Shown: positions 54,395 through 63,078 of the stretch, piece after piece
Position numbering within the stretch: position 1 is the first letter of the stretch
Layout: each line of letters begins with the position of its first letter
Source: Candidatus Omnitrophota bacterium
Lineage (GTDB): Bacteria > Omnitrophota > Gorgyraeia > Gygaellales > JAMWDD01
Direction of reading: 5' to 3'
Assembly: GCA_028717645.1 (NCBI GenBank)
Contig: JAQUNK010000002.1
Coordinates: forward strand, 12,897 to 76,896
Length of the DNA stretch: 64,000 bases
Notes under the pieces: model-generated
Seen by the model: only the letters and a program-made list of their open reading frames with translations
Told to the model about the DNA's origin: nothing
Databases searched by the model: none
Translations under genes and position numbers: made by a program

Positions 54395-55847
54395 TCTTTG
54401 GCAGGGTGTTTTAGAAAAAATCGACGATTATCGCTGGCGTATCCCCAAGAATTACAAGGCGGGGATGCGTGTCCCGGGGATTATTTATGCGGATGAAAAA
54501 TTATTAAAAGACATCCGCCACGATAAGGCCGCCGAACAGGTGGCCAATGTTGCTTTTTTACCTGGTATTGTTAGGGCATCTTTGGCCATGCCGGATATCC
54601 ACTGGGGATATGGTTTTCCCATCGGTGGAGTAGCGGCAACCGACGCAGACAACGGCGGTGTAGTCTCGCCCGGCGGAGTAGGTTACGATATCAACTGCGG
54701 TGTGCGGCTCTTAAAAACGAATTTTCAGTTTGAAGAAATAAAAGATAAGATCAAGGACCTTACTTACGTTTTGTTCTCTGATATTCCGGCCGGCCTCGGC
54801 TCAACTGGCGCGATAAAAGTAAGTGCTAAAGAAGAAAAAGAAATTTTGATCCAGGGCGCCGGCTGGGCGGTAAAAAGAGGTTATGGCACTACAGATGACC
54901 TAGAATGTACCGAAGAGCGCGGTGCCATTGCCGGGGCAGACCCGTCGGCAGTTTCCGACCGAGCCTATGATCGCGGCAAGGCCCAGTCAGGAACATTGGG
55001 TTCGGGGAATCACTTCCTGGAAGTACAGATGATCGACCAGCTTTATGACCGCGATGCCTGTGATGCCTTTGGTTTGAGCGAGGGTCAGATCACGTTGATG
55101 ATCCATTCCGGTTCGCGCGGCCTGGGTTACCAGATCTGCGACGATTACGTCAAGAATATGGTGCATTGCCTGTCCAAATACCAGATCAATGTGCCGGATC
55201 GCCAGTTGGCTTGTGCGCCGCTTGATTCCGAAGAAGGGAAAAGTTATTTAAGGGCGATGAAATGTGCGGCAAATTACGCCTGGGCCAACCGGCAGTGCCT
55301 GATGCACTTGGCGCGCCTGGCCTTTGAAAGGTTTTTTAAACGCAGCTGGCAGGATATGGGGATGTCCCTGATCTATGACGTTGCGCATAATATTGCAAAG
55401 ATAGAAAAATATAATATCGACGGCAAGGAAAAAACACTTTGCGTGCACAGAAAAGGCGCTACGCGCGCCTTCGGCCCGGGCAACCCGGCGCTGCCTGAAA
55501 GGTACAAAAAAACCGGGCAGCCGGTGATCATTCCCGGGGATATGGGCAGGAATTCTTATTTGCTCGTCGGAACGAAAAAAGCGGAAGAAGAGACTTTTGG
55601 GAGTACCTGCCACGGTGCGGGCAGGCTGAAATCGCGCGCCGAAGCAACGCGGACGATAAATTTTACTGAACTATTAAAGGAACTAGAGGCAAAAGGGATA
55701 ACCGTAAAAGGCTCGGGCCGCGGGACGATCGTCGAAGAGGCACCCCAGGCCTATAAAGACGTGAATGATGTGGTGAAAGTGGTGCATGATGCCGGAATAT
55801 CGAAACGCGTCTGCCGGATGAGACCCCTCGGTGTTATTAAGGGGTAA
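54387..55847 (+). CDS. rtcB: RNA-splicing ligase RtcB (3'-phosphate/5'-OH RNA ligase)
   Basis: …MPDIHWGYGFPIGG…, DINCGVR and the NHAGRE-like GSGNHF motifs; 486 aa. Confidence 0.9.
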   Translation: MSDLWQGVLEKIDDYRWRIPKNYKAGMRVPGIIYADEKLLKDIRHDKAAEQVANVAFLPGIVRASLAMPDIHWGYGFPIGGVAATDADNGGVVSPGGVGYDINCGVRLLKTNFQFEEIKDKIKDLTYVLFSDIPAGLGSTGAIKVSAKEEKEILIQGAGWAVKRGYGTTDDLECTEERGAIAGADPSAVSDRAYDRGKAQSGTLGSGNHFLEVQMIDQLYDRDACDAFGLSEGQITLMIHSGSRGLGYQICDDYVKNMVHCLSKYQINVPDRQLACAPLDSEEGKSYLRAMKCAANYAWANRQCLMHLARLAFERFFKRSWQDMGMSLIYDVAHNIAKIEKYNIDGKEKTLCVHRKGATRAFGPGNPALPERYKKTGQPVIIPGDMGRNSYLLVGTKKAEEETFGSTCHGAGRLKSRAEATRTINFTELLKELEAKGITVKGSGRGTIVEEAPQAYKDVNDVVKVVHDAGISKRVCRMRPLGVIKG

Positions 55848-55863
55848 GTGATAAGGGGTAAAA

Positions 55864-57132
55864 ATGCTAGACATAAAATTCATCAGGGAAAATCCGCAAC
55901 AGGTAAAAGATGCGCTTAAAAAGCGTAATTTAAATTTGAACCTCGATCAGCTGATCGAGATAGATAATTCCCGTCGGAAGATCTTATTAGAGGTCGAAGA
56001 ACTGCGGGCAAAGCAGAACAAAGCCAATGACGAGATCGCCGCTCTTTTAAAAGGGAAGAAAGACGCCAAAGAAAAAATCGCTTCTATGAAGAGTATCTCA
56101 GCTGAAATCGACAAACGCGAAAAAGAACTGAAGAAATTCGACCCGGAAATAGACAAGATACTGTTGACCATACCCAATATCCCGCATTCAAGTGTACCCG
56201 TGGGCGAGCCGGATAAGGCTGAGATCGTGCGCGAGTGGGGTAAACAGCGCGCATTCGATTTTAAACCGCTTACGCATATCGAACTAGCCCAGCATTTAGA
56301 CATCGTAGATTTCGCCCGCGGTGCTAAAATAGCCGCTTCTAATTTTATCCTCTACAAGGGTTGGGGCGCGAAATTGGAAAGGGCGTTGATCAATTTTATG
56401 CTTGATCTGCACACAAAGAAACACGGATTTACCGAGATCTTCCCGCCGTTTTTGGTGAACCGCCGTTCCATGACCGGCACCGGGCAGTTACCTAAATTGG
56501 AAGAAGATATGTACCGGCTTAAAGATGATGACCTGTTCCTGATCCCTACGGCCGAGGTCCCGGTAACCAATATTTTTAACGATGAGATCTTGAATGAAGA
56601 GCAATTACCCGTTTATTATACGGCTTATTCGGCCTGTTTCCGTCGGGAAGCGGGCTCTTACGGTAAAGATACCAAAGGCCTGACCCGCGTGCACCAGTTT
56701 GATAAAGTGGAGTTGGTAAAGTTCGTGCGGCCGGAAACTTCTTATGATGAATTGGAAAAATTACTCAATAATGCAGAGACCGTGCTGCAGCTTTTAGGCC
56801 TGCCTTACCGGATAAAACTTCTTTCTACGCAGGATATCAGTTTTTCAGCAGCAAAATGCTACGATATCGAGGCTTATGCTCCCGGCATGGACCAGTGGCT
56901 GGAGGTTTCTAGTTGTTCCAATTTCGAAAGCTTCCAGGCGCGCCGTGCAAACATCCGTTTCCGGGAAAAAACGAGCAAAAAAGTGAATTTTGTGCATACC
57001 TTGAACGGCTCAGGTGTAGCCATGCCGCGGACATTCATCGCTATCCTGGAAAATTACCAGCAGAAAGACGGTTCTATCCTTATCCCCGACGCGCTCAGGC
57101 CATACATGGACAACCAAGAGCGTATTTCTTAA
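55864..57132 (+). CDS. serS: seryl-tRNA synthetase
   Basis: N-terminal coiled-coil and class II motifs (…FRRE…GLTRVHQF…, TLNGSGVAMPR). Confidence 0.9.
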   Translation: MLDIKFIRENPQQVKDALKKRNLNLNLDQLIEIDNSRRKILLEVEELRAKQNKANDEIAALLKGKKDAKEKIASMKSISAEIDKREKELKKFDPEIDKILLTIPNIPHSSVPVGEPDKAEIVREWGKQRAFDFKPLTHIELAQHLDIVDFARGAKIAASNFILYKGWGAKLERALINFMLDLHTKKHGFTEIFPPFLVNRRSMTGTGQLPKLEEDMYRLKDDDLFLIPTAEVPVTNIFNDEILNEEQLPVYYTAYSACFRREAGSYGKDTKGLTRVHQFDKVELVKFVRPETSYDELEKLLNNAETVLQLLGLPYRIKLLSTQDISFSAAKCYDIEAYAPGMDQWLEVSSCSNFESFQARRANIRFREKTSKKVNFVHTLNGSGVAMPRTFIAILENYQQKDGSILIPDALRPYMDNQERIS

Positions 57133-57155
57133 GTAATTTTCCGCCTCTCTTTTGA

Positions 57156-57184
57156 TTGACATCCCCCTAATTTTTCAGTATAAT
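57156..57184 (+). promoter_or_regulatory. consensus sigma70 promoter TTGACA-17-TATAAT for lysS
   Basis: Both hexamers are perfect with optimal spacing; the ATG is 59 nt downstream. Confidence 0.55.
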
Positions 57185-57242
57185 AAATTACCTTATCTTA
57201 TGCCAAATCATAGGGTTCGGTGTCTTTAAAGGACTATAAATT

Positions 57243-58679
57243 ATGGAATTAAGCGAGATAATTAAACAGAGAAAAGAGAAGGTTTCTGCCTTAAAGCAAA
57301 AGGGCATTGAACCTTTTGGCCGGGGTTTGTCCGGACGCATTCCTATCCAGGAGGCAAGGGAAAATTTCCAGGAAGGTAAGGCCGTTCTTTTAGCCGGAAG
57401 GCTGATGGCCAAGCGCCAGCACGGAAAGGCCTGTTTCGCCGACCTCAAAGATTCTACCGCTAAGATCCAGGTTTACGTAAAGGAAGACCTGATCGGCAAA
57501 GAAAAATTCGATTTTTTCCAGGACCTGGATATCGGAGACATCGTCGCTATGCAGGGAGAATTATTCAAGACGCACACCCAGGAACTGACCATCAAATTGA
57601 CCGATCTCGCCCTGCTTTCCAAGTCCCTGCGGCCATTACCGGAGAAGTGGCACGGCTTAAAGGACGTTGAGATCCGTTACCGGCAGAGATACCTGGATAT
57701 AATTTCCAGCGACGAAGTAAAGACGATCTTCCAGCGCCGCAGCCAGATCATTTCCGGCATCAGAAGATTCTTCGATGAGCGGGATTATTTGGAAGTAGAA
57801 ACGCCGATGATGCATACCGTCGCGGGCGGCGCAGCCGGCAGGCCGTTCAAGACGTTCCACAACGAATATAATATGGACCTTTACCTGCGCATCGCGCCGG
57901 AGCTTTATCTAAAAGAACTTTTGGTCGCCGGGCTTGACCGGGTCTATGAAATTAACCGCAGTTTCCGTAACGAAGGGGTTTCTACAAAGCATAACCCGGA
58001 ATTTACCATGCTGGAAGTTTACACGGCTTACGCGGATTATGAAGATATGATGCGCCTGTGCGAAGAGCTGATCCCGAAGTTAGCAGAGGATATTTTAGGC
58101 ACTACCAGCATCCAGTATCAGGGGAAAGAAATCGAGCTTAAGGGCCCCTGGCCGAGGATATCCTTTGCCGGCGTGATCAAGGAAAAATTCGATATCAATC
58201 CCGATGATTCTTCAGAGGTGATGTTGGCAAAGCTTAAAAAAGCAGGGCGCGACGTCCCTGAGGGAAAGCTTACTCGTTCTCAGGTGGTCAAGATCGTGGA
58301 AGATGTCCTGGAAGAAGGGATGAATTTCAACCCGGTATTTTTCACGGATTATTTTACGCACCTTTGCCCTTTAGCCAAGACTAAGAAAGATAATCCGCTT
58401 ATCTCAGAAAGATTCGAATTATTTATTGCCGGGTTTGAGATCGCCAATGCCTACTCGGAGTTGAACGATCCCATAGAACAGAAGCGGCGTTTTATCGAAG
58501 AGTTGGAAGATCTGCCCACAGAGGAACAAAAATCAGTGGATGAAGATTACGTATTGGCCCTGGAACACGCTATGCCTCCGGCGGGAGGCCTGGGCATAGG
58601 TATAGATAGATTAGTGATGCTCCTGACGAACCAGGCTTCGATCAGAGACGTGATCCTCTTCCCATTATTAAGAAAATAA
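57243..58679 (+). CDS. lysS: lysyl-tRNA synthetase, class II
   Basis: N-terminal OB anticodon-binding domain and class II motifs (RYRQRYLD, FRNEG, GGLGIGIDRL). Confidence 0.9.
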   Translation: MELSEIIKQRKEKVSALKQKGIEPFGRGLSGRIPIQEARENFQEGKAVLLAGRLMAKRQHGKACFADLKDSTAKIQVYVKEDLIGKEKFDFFQDLDIGDIVAMQGELFKTHTQELTIKLTDLALLSKSLRPLPEKWHGLKDVEIRYRQRYLDIISSDEVKTIFQRRSQIISGIRRFFDERDYLEVETPMMHTVAGGAAGRPFKTFHNEYNMDLYLRIAPELYLKELLVAGLDRVYEINRSFRNEGVSTKHNPEFTMLEVYTAYADYEDMMRLCEELIPKLAEDILGTTSIQYQGKEIELKGPWPRISFAGVIKEKFDINPDDSSEVMLAKLKKAGRDVPEGKLTRSQVVKIVEDVLEEGMNFNPVFFTDYFTHLCPLAKTKKDNPLISERFELFIAGFEIANAYSELNDPIEQKRRFIEELEDLPTEEQKSVDEDYVLALEHAMPPAGGLGIGIDRLVMLLTNQASIRDVILFPLLRK

Positions 58680-59867
58680 ATGCTGCCTATTGAGTTGGTG
58701 ATCAGCTGGAGATACCTGGTTTCTAAGCGTAAAGAAAAATTTATTTCTATTATCAGTTTGATCTCTATCCTGGGCATTGCCATCGGTGTCGCGGCGCTGA
58801 TCATCGTTTTGGCGGTAATGACCGGTTTTGATAAGGATTTAAAAGAAAAGATCGTGGGTAATTATTCCCACATCGTTATTTCTAAGGATAACGGGATAAG
58901 CGACTACACGGCTTTAAGGAATGTGCTTTTAAAAATGCCGCATATCCGGGCGGTGAGCCCGGTGATGCACGGCCAGGTCCTGGTGATGAGCGGCGGAAAG
59001 GTTTTCGCGCTGGGGCTAAAGGGTATAGATATTGCCACTGAGCCGACAGTGACCAAGGTGAACGATTACCTGGTGCGCGGCCAATTGAAGGACCTGACGG
59101 GCGACAGCGTGATCATCGGCAGGGAACTGGCTTTGTACCTGGGCGTATCACGGGGAGATACTTTAAAAGTTTTTTCTCCGCTGGGTAAAAGCTATAATCT
59201 GAAAGTGGTCGGGGTATTCAATTCCGGGATGTATGAATACGACCTGAACCTTGTTTACGTAAACCTTAAGCAGGCGCAGGCCATGCTCGGTACTGCTGAT
59301 GTGGCAGGAGAGATGGCTGTAAAATTGGATAATCTTTATCTGGCGGATAGCGTGAGGAGCCAGTTACAAAAAACTTTGGGTTATGATTATTTGGTCAAGA
59401 CCTGGATGCAGAAGAACCCTAATTTTTTCGCCGCTTTGAAATTAGAGAAATTGACCATGTTCATCATTTTGACCCTGATCATCCTTGTGGCCTCTTTTAA
59501 CATCATCAGCACGCTCATCGTGATGGTCACCGATAAGATCAAGGATATCGGGATACTCAAGGCCGTGGGTATGCCTGCGGATAGAGTGAGGAAGATCTTT
59601 ACGCTCGAGGGCCTCTTGATCGGGTCCCTGGGAGTGGTCCTTGGAGCAGGCATCGGAGTAACGGCGTGCCTGCTGCTAAAAAAATATCAATTTATCAAGC
59701 TGCCGTCGGATATTTATTATATCGACCACCTGCCCGTATCTTTGGAATGGTGGCCGGACATAGCACTGATAGTTTTGGCAGCGTTGGTAATTACACTGGT
59801 TTCGACCATATACCCGGCGTATAAGGCGTCCAGGCTCAATACCGTCGAGGCCTTAAGGTATGAATAA
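58680..59867 (+). CDS. lolE: lipoprotein-releasing system transmembrane permease (LolC/LolE, FtsX/MacB-type)
   Basis: N-terminal TM, a periplasmic domain and a C-terminal FtsX three-helix bundle. It is adjacent to the lolD-like ATPase. Confidence 0.75.
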   Translation: MLPIELVISWRYLVSKRKEKFISIISLISILGIAIGVAALIIVLAVMTGFDKDLKEKIVGNYSHIVISKDNGISDYTALRNVLLKMPHIRAVSPVMHGQVLVMSGGKVFALGLKGIDIATEPTVTKVNDYLVRGQLKDLTGDSVIIGRELALYLGVSRGDTLKVFSPLGKSYNLKVVGVFNSGMYEYDLNLVYVNLKQAQAMLGTADVAGEMAVKLDNLYLADSVRSQLQKTLGYDYLVKTWMQKNPNFFAALKLEKLTMFIILTLIILVASFNIISTLIVMVTDKIKDIGILKAVGMPADRVRKIFTLEGLLIGSLGVVLGAGIGVTACLLLKKYQFIKLPSDIYYIDHLPVSLEWWPDIALIVLAALVITLVSTIYPAYKASRLNTVEALRYE

Positions 59868-60539
59868 ATGTTAGAAGCAAAAGACCTGCGCAAGGTTTAT
59901 AAGAATGGGGCAAAAGAGCTGCCCGTGCTTAAAGGTATAAGTTTTAAGGTCCGGCATGGCGAGATCGTCAGCATCGTCGGGCCTTCGGGTGCGGGAAAGT
60001 CGACGTTGCTGCATATCTTAGGCGGCCTGGATAAACCCACGCAGGGCGCGGTATCTTTAGGCGGCAGCGATATTTACCGGTTGGCCGATAAAGAACTGGC
60101 TTTGATCAGGAACGAAAAGATTGGTTTTGTTTTCCAGTTCTATCATTTGTTCTCAGAGTTCAATGTATTGGAAAATATATTACTACCGGCCATGTGTTCC
60201 CGCGCTAAAATTAAAGGTACGGGGCTGGAAGAAAAAGCAGAGACCCTGCTTAAGCATGTGGGGCTAGAAAAAAGAAAAACCCATCTGCCGAGTGAATTAT
60301 CCGGGGGAGAACAACAGAGGGTGGCGATCGCCCGCGCCCTGATCAATTCGCCCGAGATCCTTTTCTGCGATGAGCCGACGGGTAACCTTGATTCGAAGAC
60401 CGGCAACGAAGTGGTAGAAATGCTGAAGAAGCTGAATAAAGAAAATAATATGACCATAGTCTTGGTGACCCATAACGAAGAAGTGGCCAAGATCGCGGGA
60501 ACAAGGTTATATTTAAAAGACGGTTTATTGGTAAACTAA
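59868..60539 (+). CDS. lolD: lipoprotein-releasing system ATP-binding protein (ABC ATPase)
   Basis: Walker A GPSGAGKST, signature LSGGEQQR and Walker B ILFCDEPT. Confidence 0.8.
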   Translation: MLEAKDLRKVYKNGAKELPVLKGISFKVRHGEIVSIVGPSGAGKSTLLHILGGLDKPTQGAVSLGGSDIYRLADKELALIRNEKIGFVFQFYHLFSEFNVLENILLPAMCSRAKIKGTGLEEKAETLLKHVGLEKRKTHLPSELSGGEQQRVAIARALINSPEILFCDEPTGNLDSKTGNEVVEMLKKLNKENNMTIVLVTHNEEVAKIAGTRLYLKDGLLVN

Positions 60540-60548
60540 GGGGGCCTT

Positions 60549-61418
60549 ATGAAAATTTACATTAACGGGGAACTGGTAAATAAAGAACACGCGAAGATTT
60601 CTGTTTTTGACCACGGCCTTTTATACGGAGACGGAGTTTTCGAGGGTATCCGCTCATACAATAACCGCGTCTTCAAACTTCAAGAACATATCGACCGGCT
60701 TTTTGAGTCCGCGAAATCGCTGATGTTGCATATTCCGCTTTCTAAGGAAGAACTTATCGCTGCGGTGATCAAAACTTTAAGGGCCAACGCATTAAAAGAC
60801 GCCTATATCCGCCTGATCGTTACCCGCGGGGAAGGGGACCTGGGGCTTGATCCGCGCAAGTGTTACGGCCGCTCGGCGATCATTATCATTACCGACAAGA
60901 TCGCCCTTTATCCGCAGGAATTATATAAAAGAGGAATGGCGATCATTACCGTGCCTACGGTGAGGAACCTGCCGGAAGCGGTCAATCCGCAGATCAAATC
61001 CCTGAATTACCTGAATAATATCCTGGCCAAGATCGAAGCGGTGAATTGCGGCTATGAAGAAGCGATTATGCTTGATTCTTTGGGTTACGTGGCTGAATGT
61101 ACCGGCGATAATATTTTTACTGTGCGTAAAAACCATCTTTATACTCCGCCCCAGTGCATGGGTACGCTGCGCGGTATCACCCGGGATGCGGTTTTGGAGC
61201 TGGCCAAAAAAATGAAGATCGGCGCGCATGAGCACGTGATCACGCGCCATGAGGTCTATATCAGCGATGAATGTTTTCTTACCGGCACTGCTGCCGAGAT
61301 TATCCCGGTAGTGAAAGTAGACGGCAGGGTGATCGGCGACGGAAAACCCGGCGTGGTAACCCGTAAACTATTGAACGAATTCAGAAAATTGACGCAAAAA
61401 GACGGAGTGAAGTATTAA
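60549..61418 (+). CDS. ilvE: class IV (fold-type IV) aminotransferase: branched-chain amino acid or D-amino-acid aminotransferase
   Basis: …HGLLYGDGVFEGIR…; a K in …NPQIKSLNYL…; 289 aa, short-form like. Confidence 0.7.
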   Translation: MKIYINGELVNKEHAKISVFDHGLLYGDGVFEGIRSYNNRVFKLQEHIDRLFESAKSLMLHIPLSKEELIAAVIKTLRANALKDAYIRLIVTRGEGDLGLDPRKCYGRSAIIIITDKIALYPQELYKRGMAIITVPTVRNLPEAVNPQIKSLNYLNNILAKIEAVNCGYEEAIMLDSLGYVAECTGDNIFTVRKNHLYTPPQCMGTLRGITRDAVLELAKKMKIGAHEHVITRHEVYISDECFLTGTAAEIIPVVKVDGRVIGDGKPGVVTRKLLNEFRKLTQKDGVKY

Positions 61419-61447
61419 ATTCGATTTGTCAGGGAGGATACACTGAT

Positions 61448-61990
61448 ATGGTATGCGATATTTGCGGCAAAAATCAGGCTACCGTGCATCTGACGGAAAT
61501 CATCGATGATCAAATGTCGGAACTGCATCTTTGCGAAGAATGCGCCCGGAAAAAATCTCAGCAAATGGAAAGCCAGTTCGGCCTGGCGGACCTCTTGGCC
61601 GGGTTGGCTGAATTCGGCAAGCCGCAGGAAGAAAAGGGAGAATCGGTAAAGCTTAAGTGCCCCAATTGCGGGATGACCTATGAAAATTTTATCAAAATGG
61701 GCAGGCTCGGCTGTAGCGAATGTTATTACGCCTTTAAAAAATACCTGGTACCGCTTTTGAAGAAAATTCACGGCACCAGCCAGCACGTCGGCAAGGCACC
61801 GCATAAATTGACCCGGGTGGTAAAGGCGGCACCCCAGGACGAAATGCAGGTTCTCCGCGACAAATTGCAGAAAGCAGTAGAAGCGGAAGAATTCGAAGAG
61901 GCAGCGCGCATACGGGATCAGATCAAAGAAGCACAGAAAAGTAAGGCCGGTGTTTCCTCCGGTAAAGAGACCAAAGGAGATGCCCGATGA
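61448..61990 (+). CDS. mcsA: protein-arginine kinase activator McsA-like (CxxC zinc fingers plus UVR domain)
   Basis: CDICG…CEEC and CPNCG…CSEC zinc-finger pairs and a C-terminal UVR-like LQKAVEAEEFEEAARIRDQI. It overlaps mcsB by 4 bp. Confidence 0.65.
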   Translation: MVCDICGKNQATVHLTEIIDDQMSELHLCEECARKKSQQMESQFGLADLLAGLAEFGKPQEEKGESVKLKCPNCGMTYENFIKMGRLGCSECYYAFKKYLVPLLKKIHGTSQHVGKAPHKLTRVVKAAPQDEMQVLRDKLQKAVEAEEFEEAARIRDQIKEAQKSKAGVSSGKETKGDAR

Positions 61991-63042
61991 ACCTGAATGA
62001 TCTATTAAAGCATACCAGCGAGTGGTTGAAAAGCACGGGCCCTAACTCTGATATCGTGATGTCGTCCCGCGTACGTTTGGCCAGGAACATAGATAAGCTG
62101 GCTTTTCCCAGCTGGGCGAACGAGAAACAATCGCAAAAAGTCCTGGAGTTGGTCACTGAGGCCGTGGCCAAGATAGATTATTTTAAGAATGCCAGTTTAT
62201 TCAAATTGGCTGAGGTGGACAGCCTGGATAAGCAGTTCCTTATCGAAAGGCACTTGATGTCCCATGAGCACGCGCAGAAGACGGATAGCAAAGCGCTGGT
62301 CCTGGAGCCGGAAGAGATCATGTCGATCATGGTGAATGAAGAGGACCACCTGCGTATGCAGATCATGCAGTCGGGCCTGAACCTTTTTGAGGCCTGGAAC
62401 ATCATGTCCAAAATAGACGACCAGCTTTCGGATACGCTCACCTTTGCTTTTTCACAGAATTGGGGTTACCTTACCGCCTGCCCCACCAACACCGGCACCG
62501 GTATGCGTGGTTCGGTGATGCTGCATTTACCGGCGCTGGTCGCGACGCGCCAGATCAACCGCGTGCTTCAGGCCGTGGCAAAATTAAGTTTTACCACCCG
62601 CGGGCTCTATGGCGAAGGGACACAGGCCTCGGGGAATTTCTTTCAGATCTCCAATCAGATCTCGCTCGGCCACAGCGAAGAAATGATCATCGAAAATATC
62701 AACGGCCTCATCCGGCAGATCATCGACCAGGAAACGCAGTCGCGTAATGCGCTGCTTACGAATAACCGCGCATTCCTGGAGGATAAAGTTTGGCGTAGTT
62801 ACGGCACGTTAGAAAACGCCTATATCATAAACAGCGAAGAGACCATCGAATTACTTTCTATGGTCAGGCTTGGCGTAGACACGGGGATCATCAAAAATAT
62901 CGACCGCTGCGCGGTGAATGAACTTTTTATTTTGACACAGCCGGCGCACCTGCAGAAGATGGTCGGAAAAAAGATCTCTTCCGAAGAACGCGACGTAAAA
63001 AGGGCTGAGATCATCAGGGAAAAATTAAAAATCAAACAGTAA
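61987..63042 (+). CDS. mcsB: protein arginine kinase McsB (ATP:guanido phosphotransferase)
   Basis: …VMSSRVRLARN…, CPTNTGTGMR and EEDHLR phosphagen-kinase motifs. Confidence 0.85.
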   Translation: MNLNDLLKHTSEWLKSTGPNSDIVMSSRVRLARNIDKLAFPSWANEKQSQKVLELVTEAVAKIDYFKNASLFKLAEVDSLDKQFLIERHLMSHEHAQKTDSKALVLEPEEIMSIMVNEEDHLRMQIMQSGLNLFEAWNIMSKIDDQLSDTLTFAFSQNWGYLTACPTNTGTGMRGSVMLHLPALVATRQINRVLQAVAKLSFTTRGLYGEGTQASGNFFQISNQISLGHSEEMIIENINGLIRQIIDQETQSRNALLTNNRAFLEDKVWRSYGTLENAYIINSEETIELLSMVRLGVDTGIIKNIDRCAVNELFILTQPAHLQKMVGKKISSEERDVKRAEIIREKLKIKQ

Positions 63043-63078
63043 GTAAAAAGGACAGAAAAGATGGCAAGAGGAGAAAAT

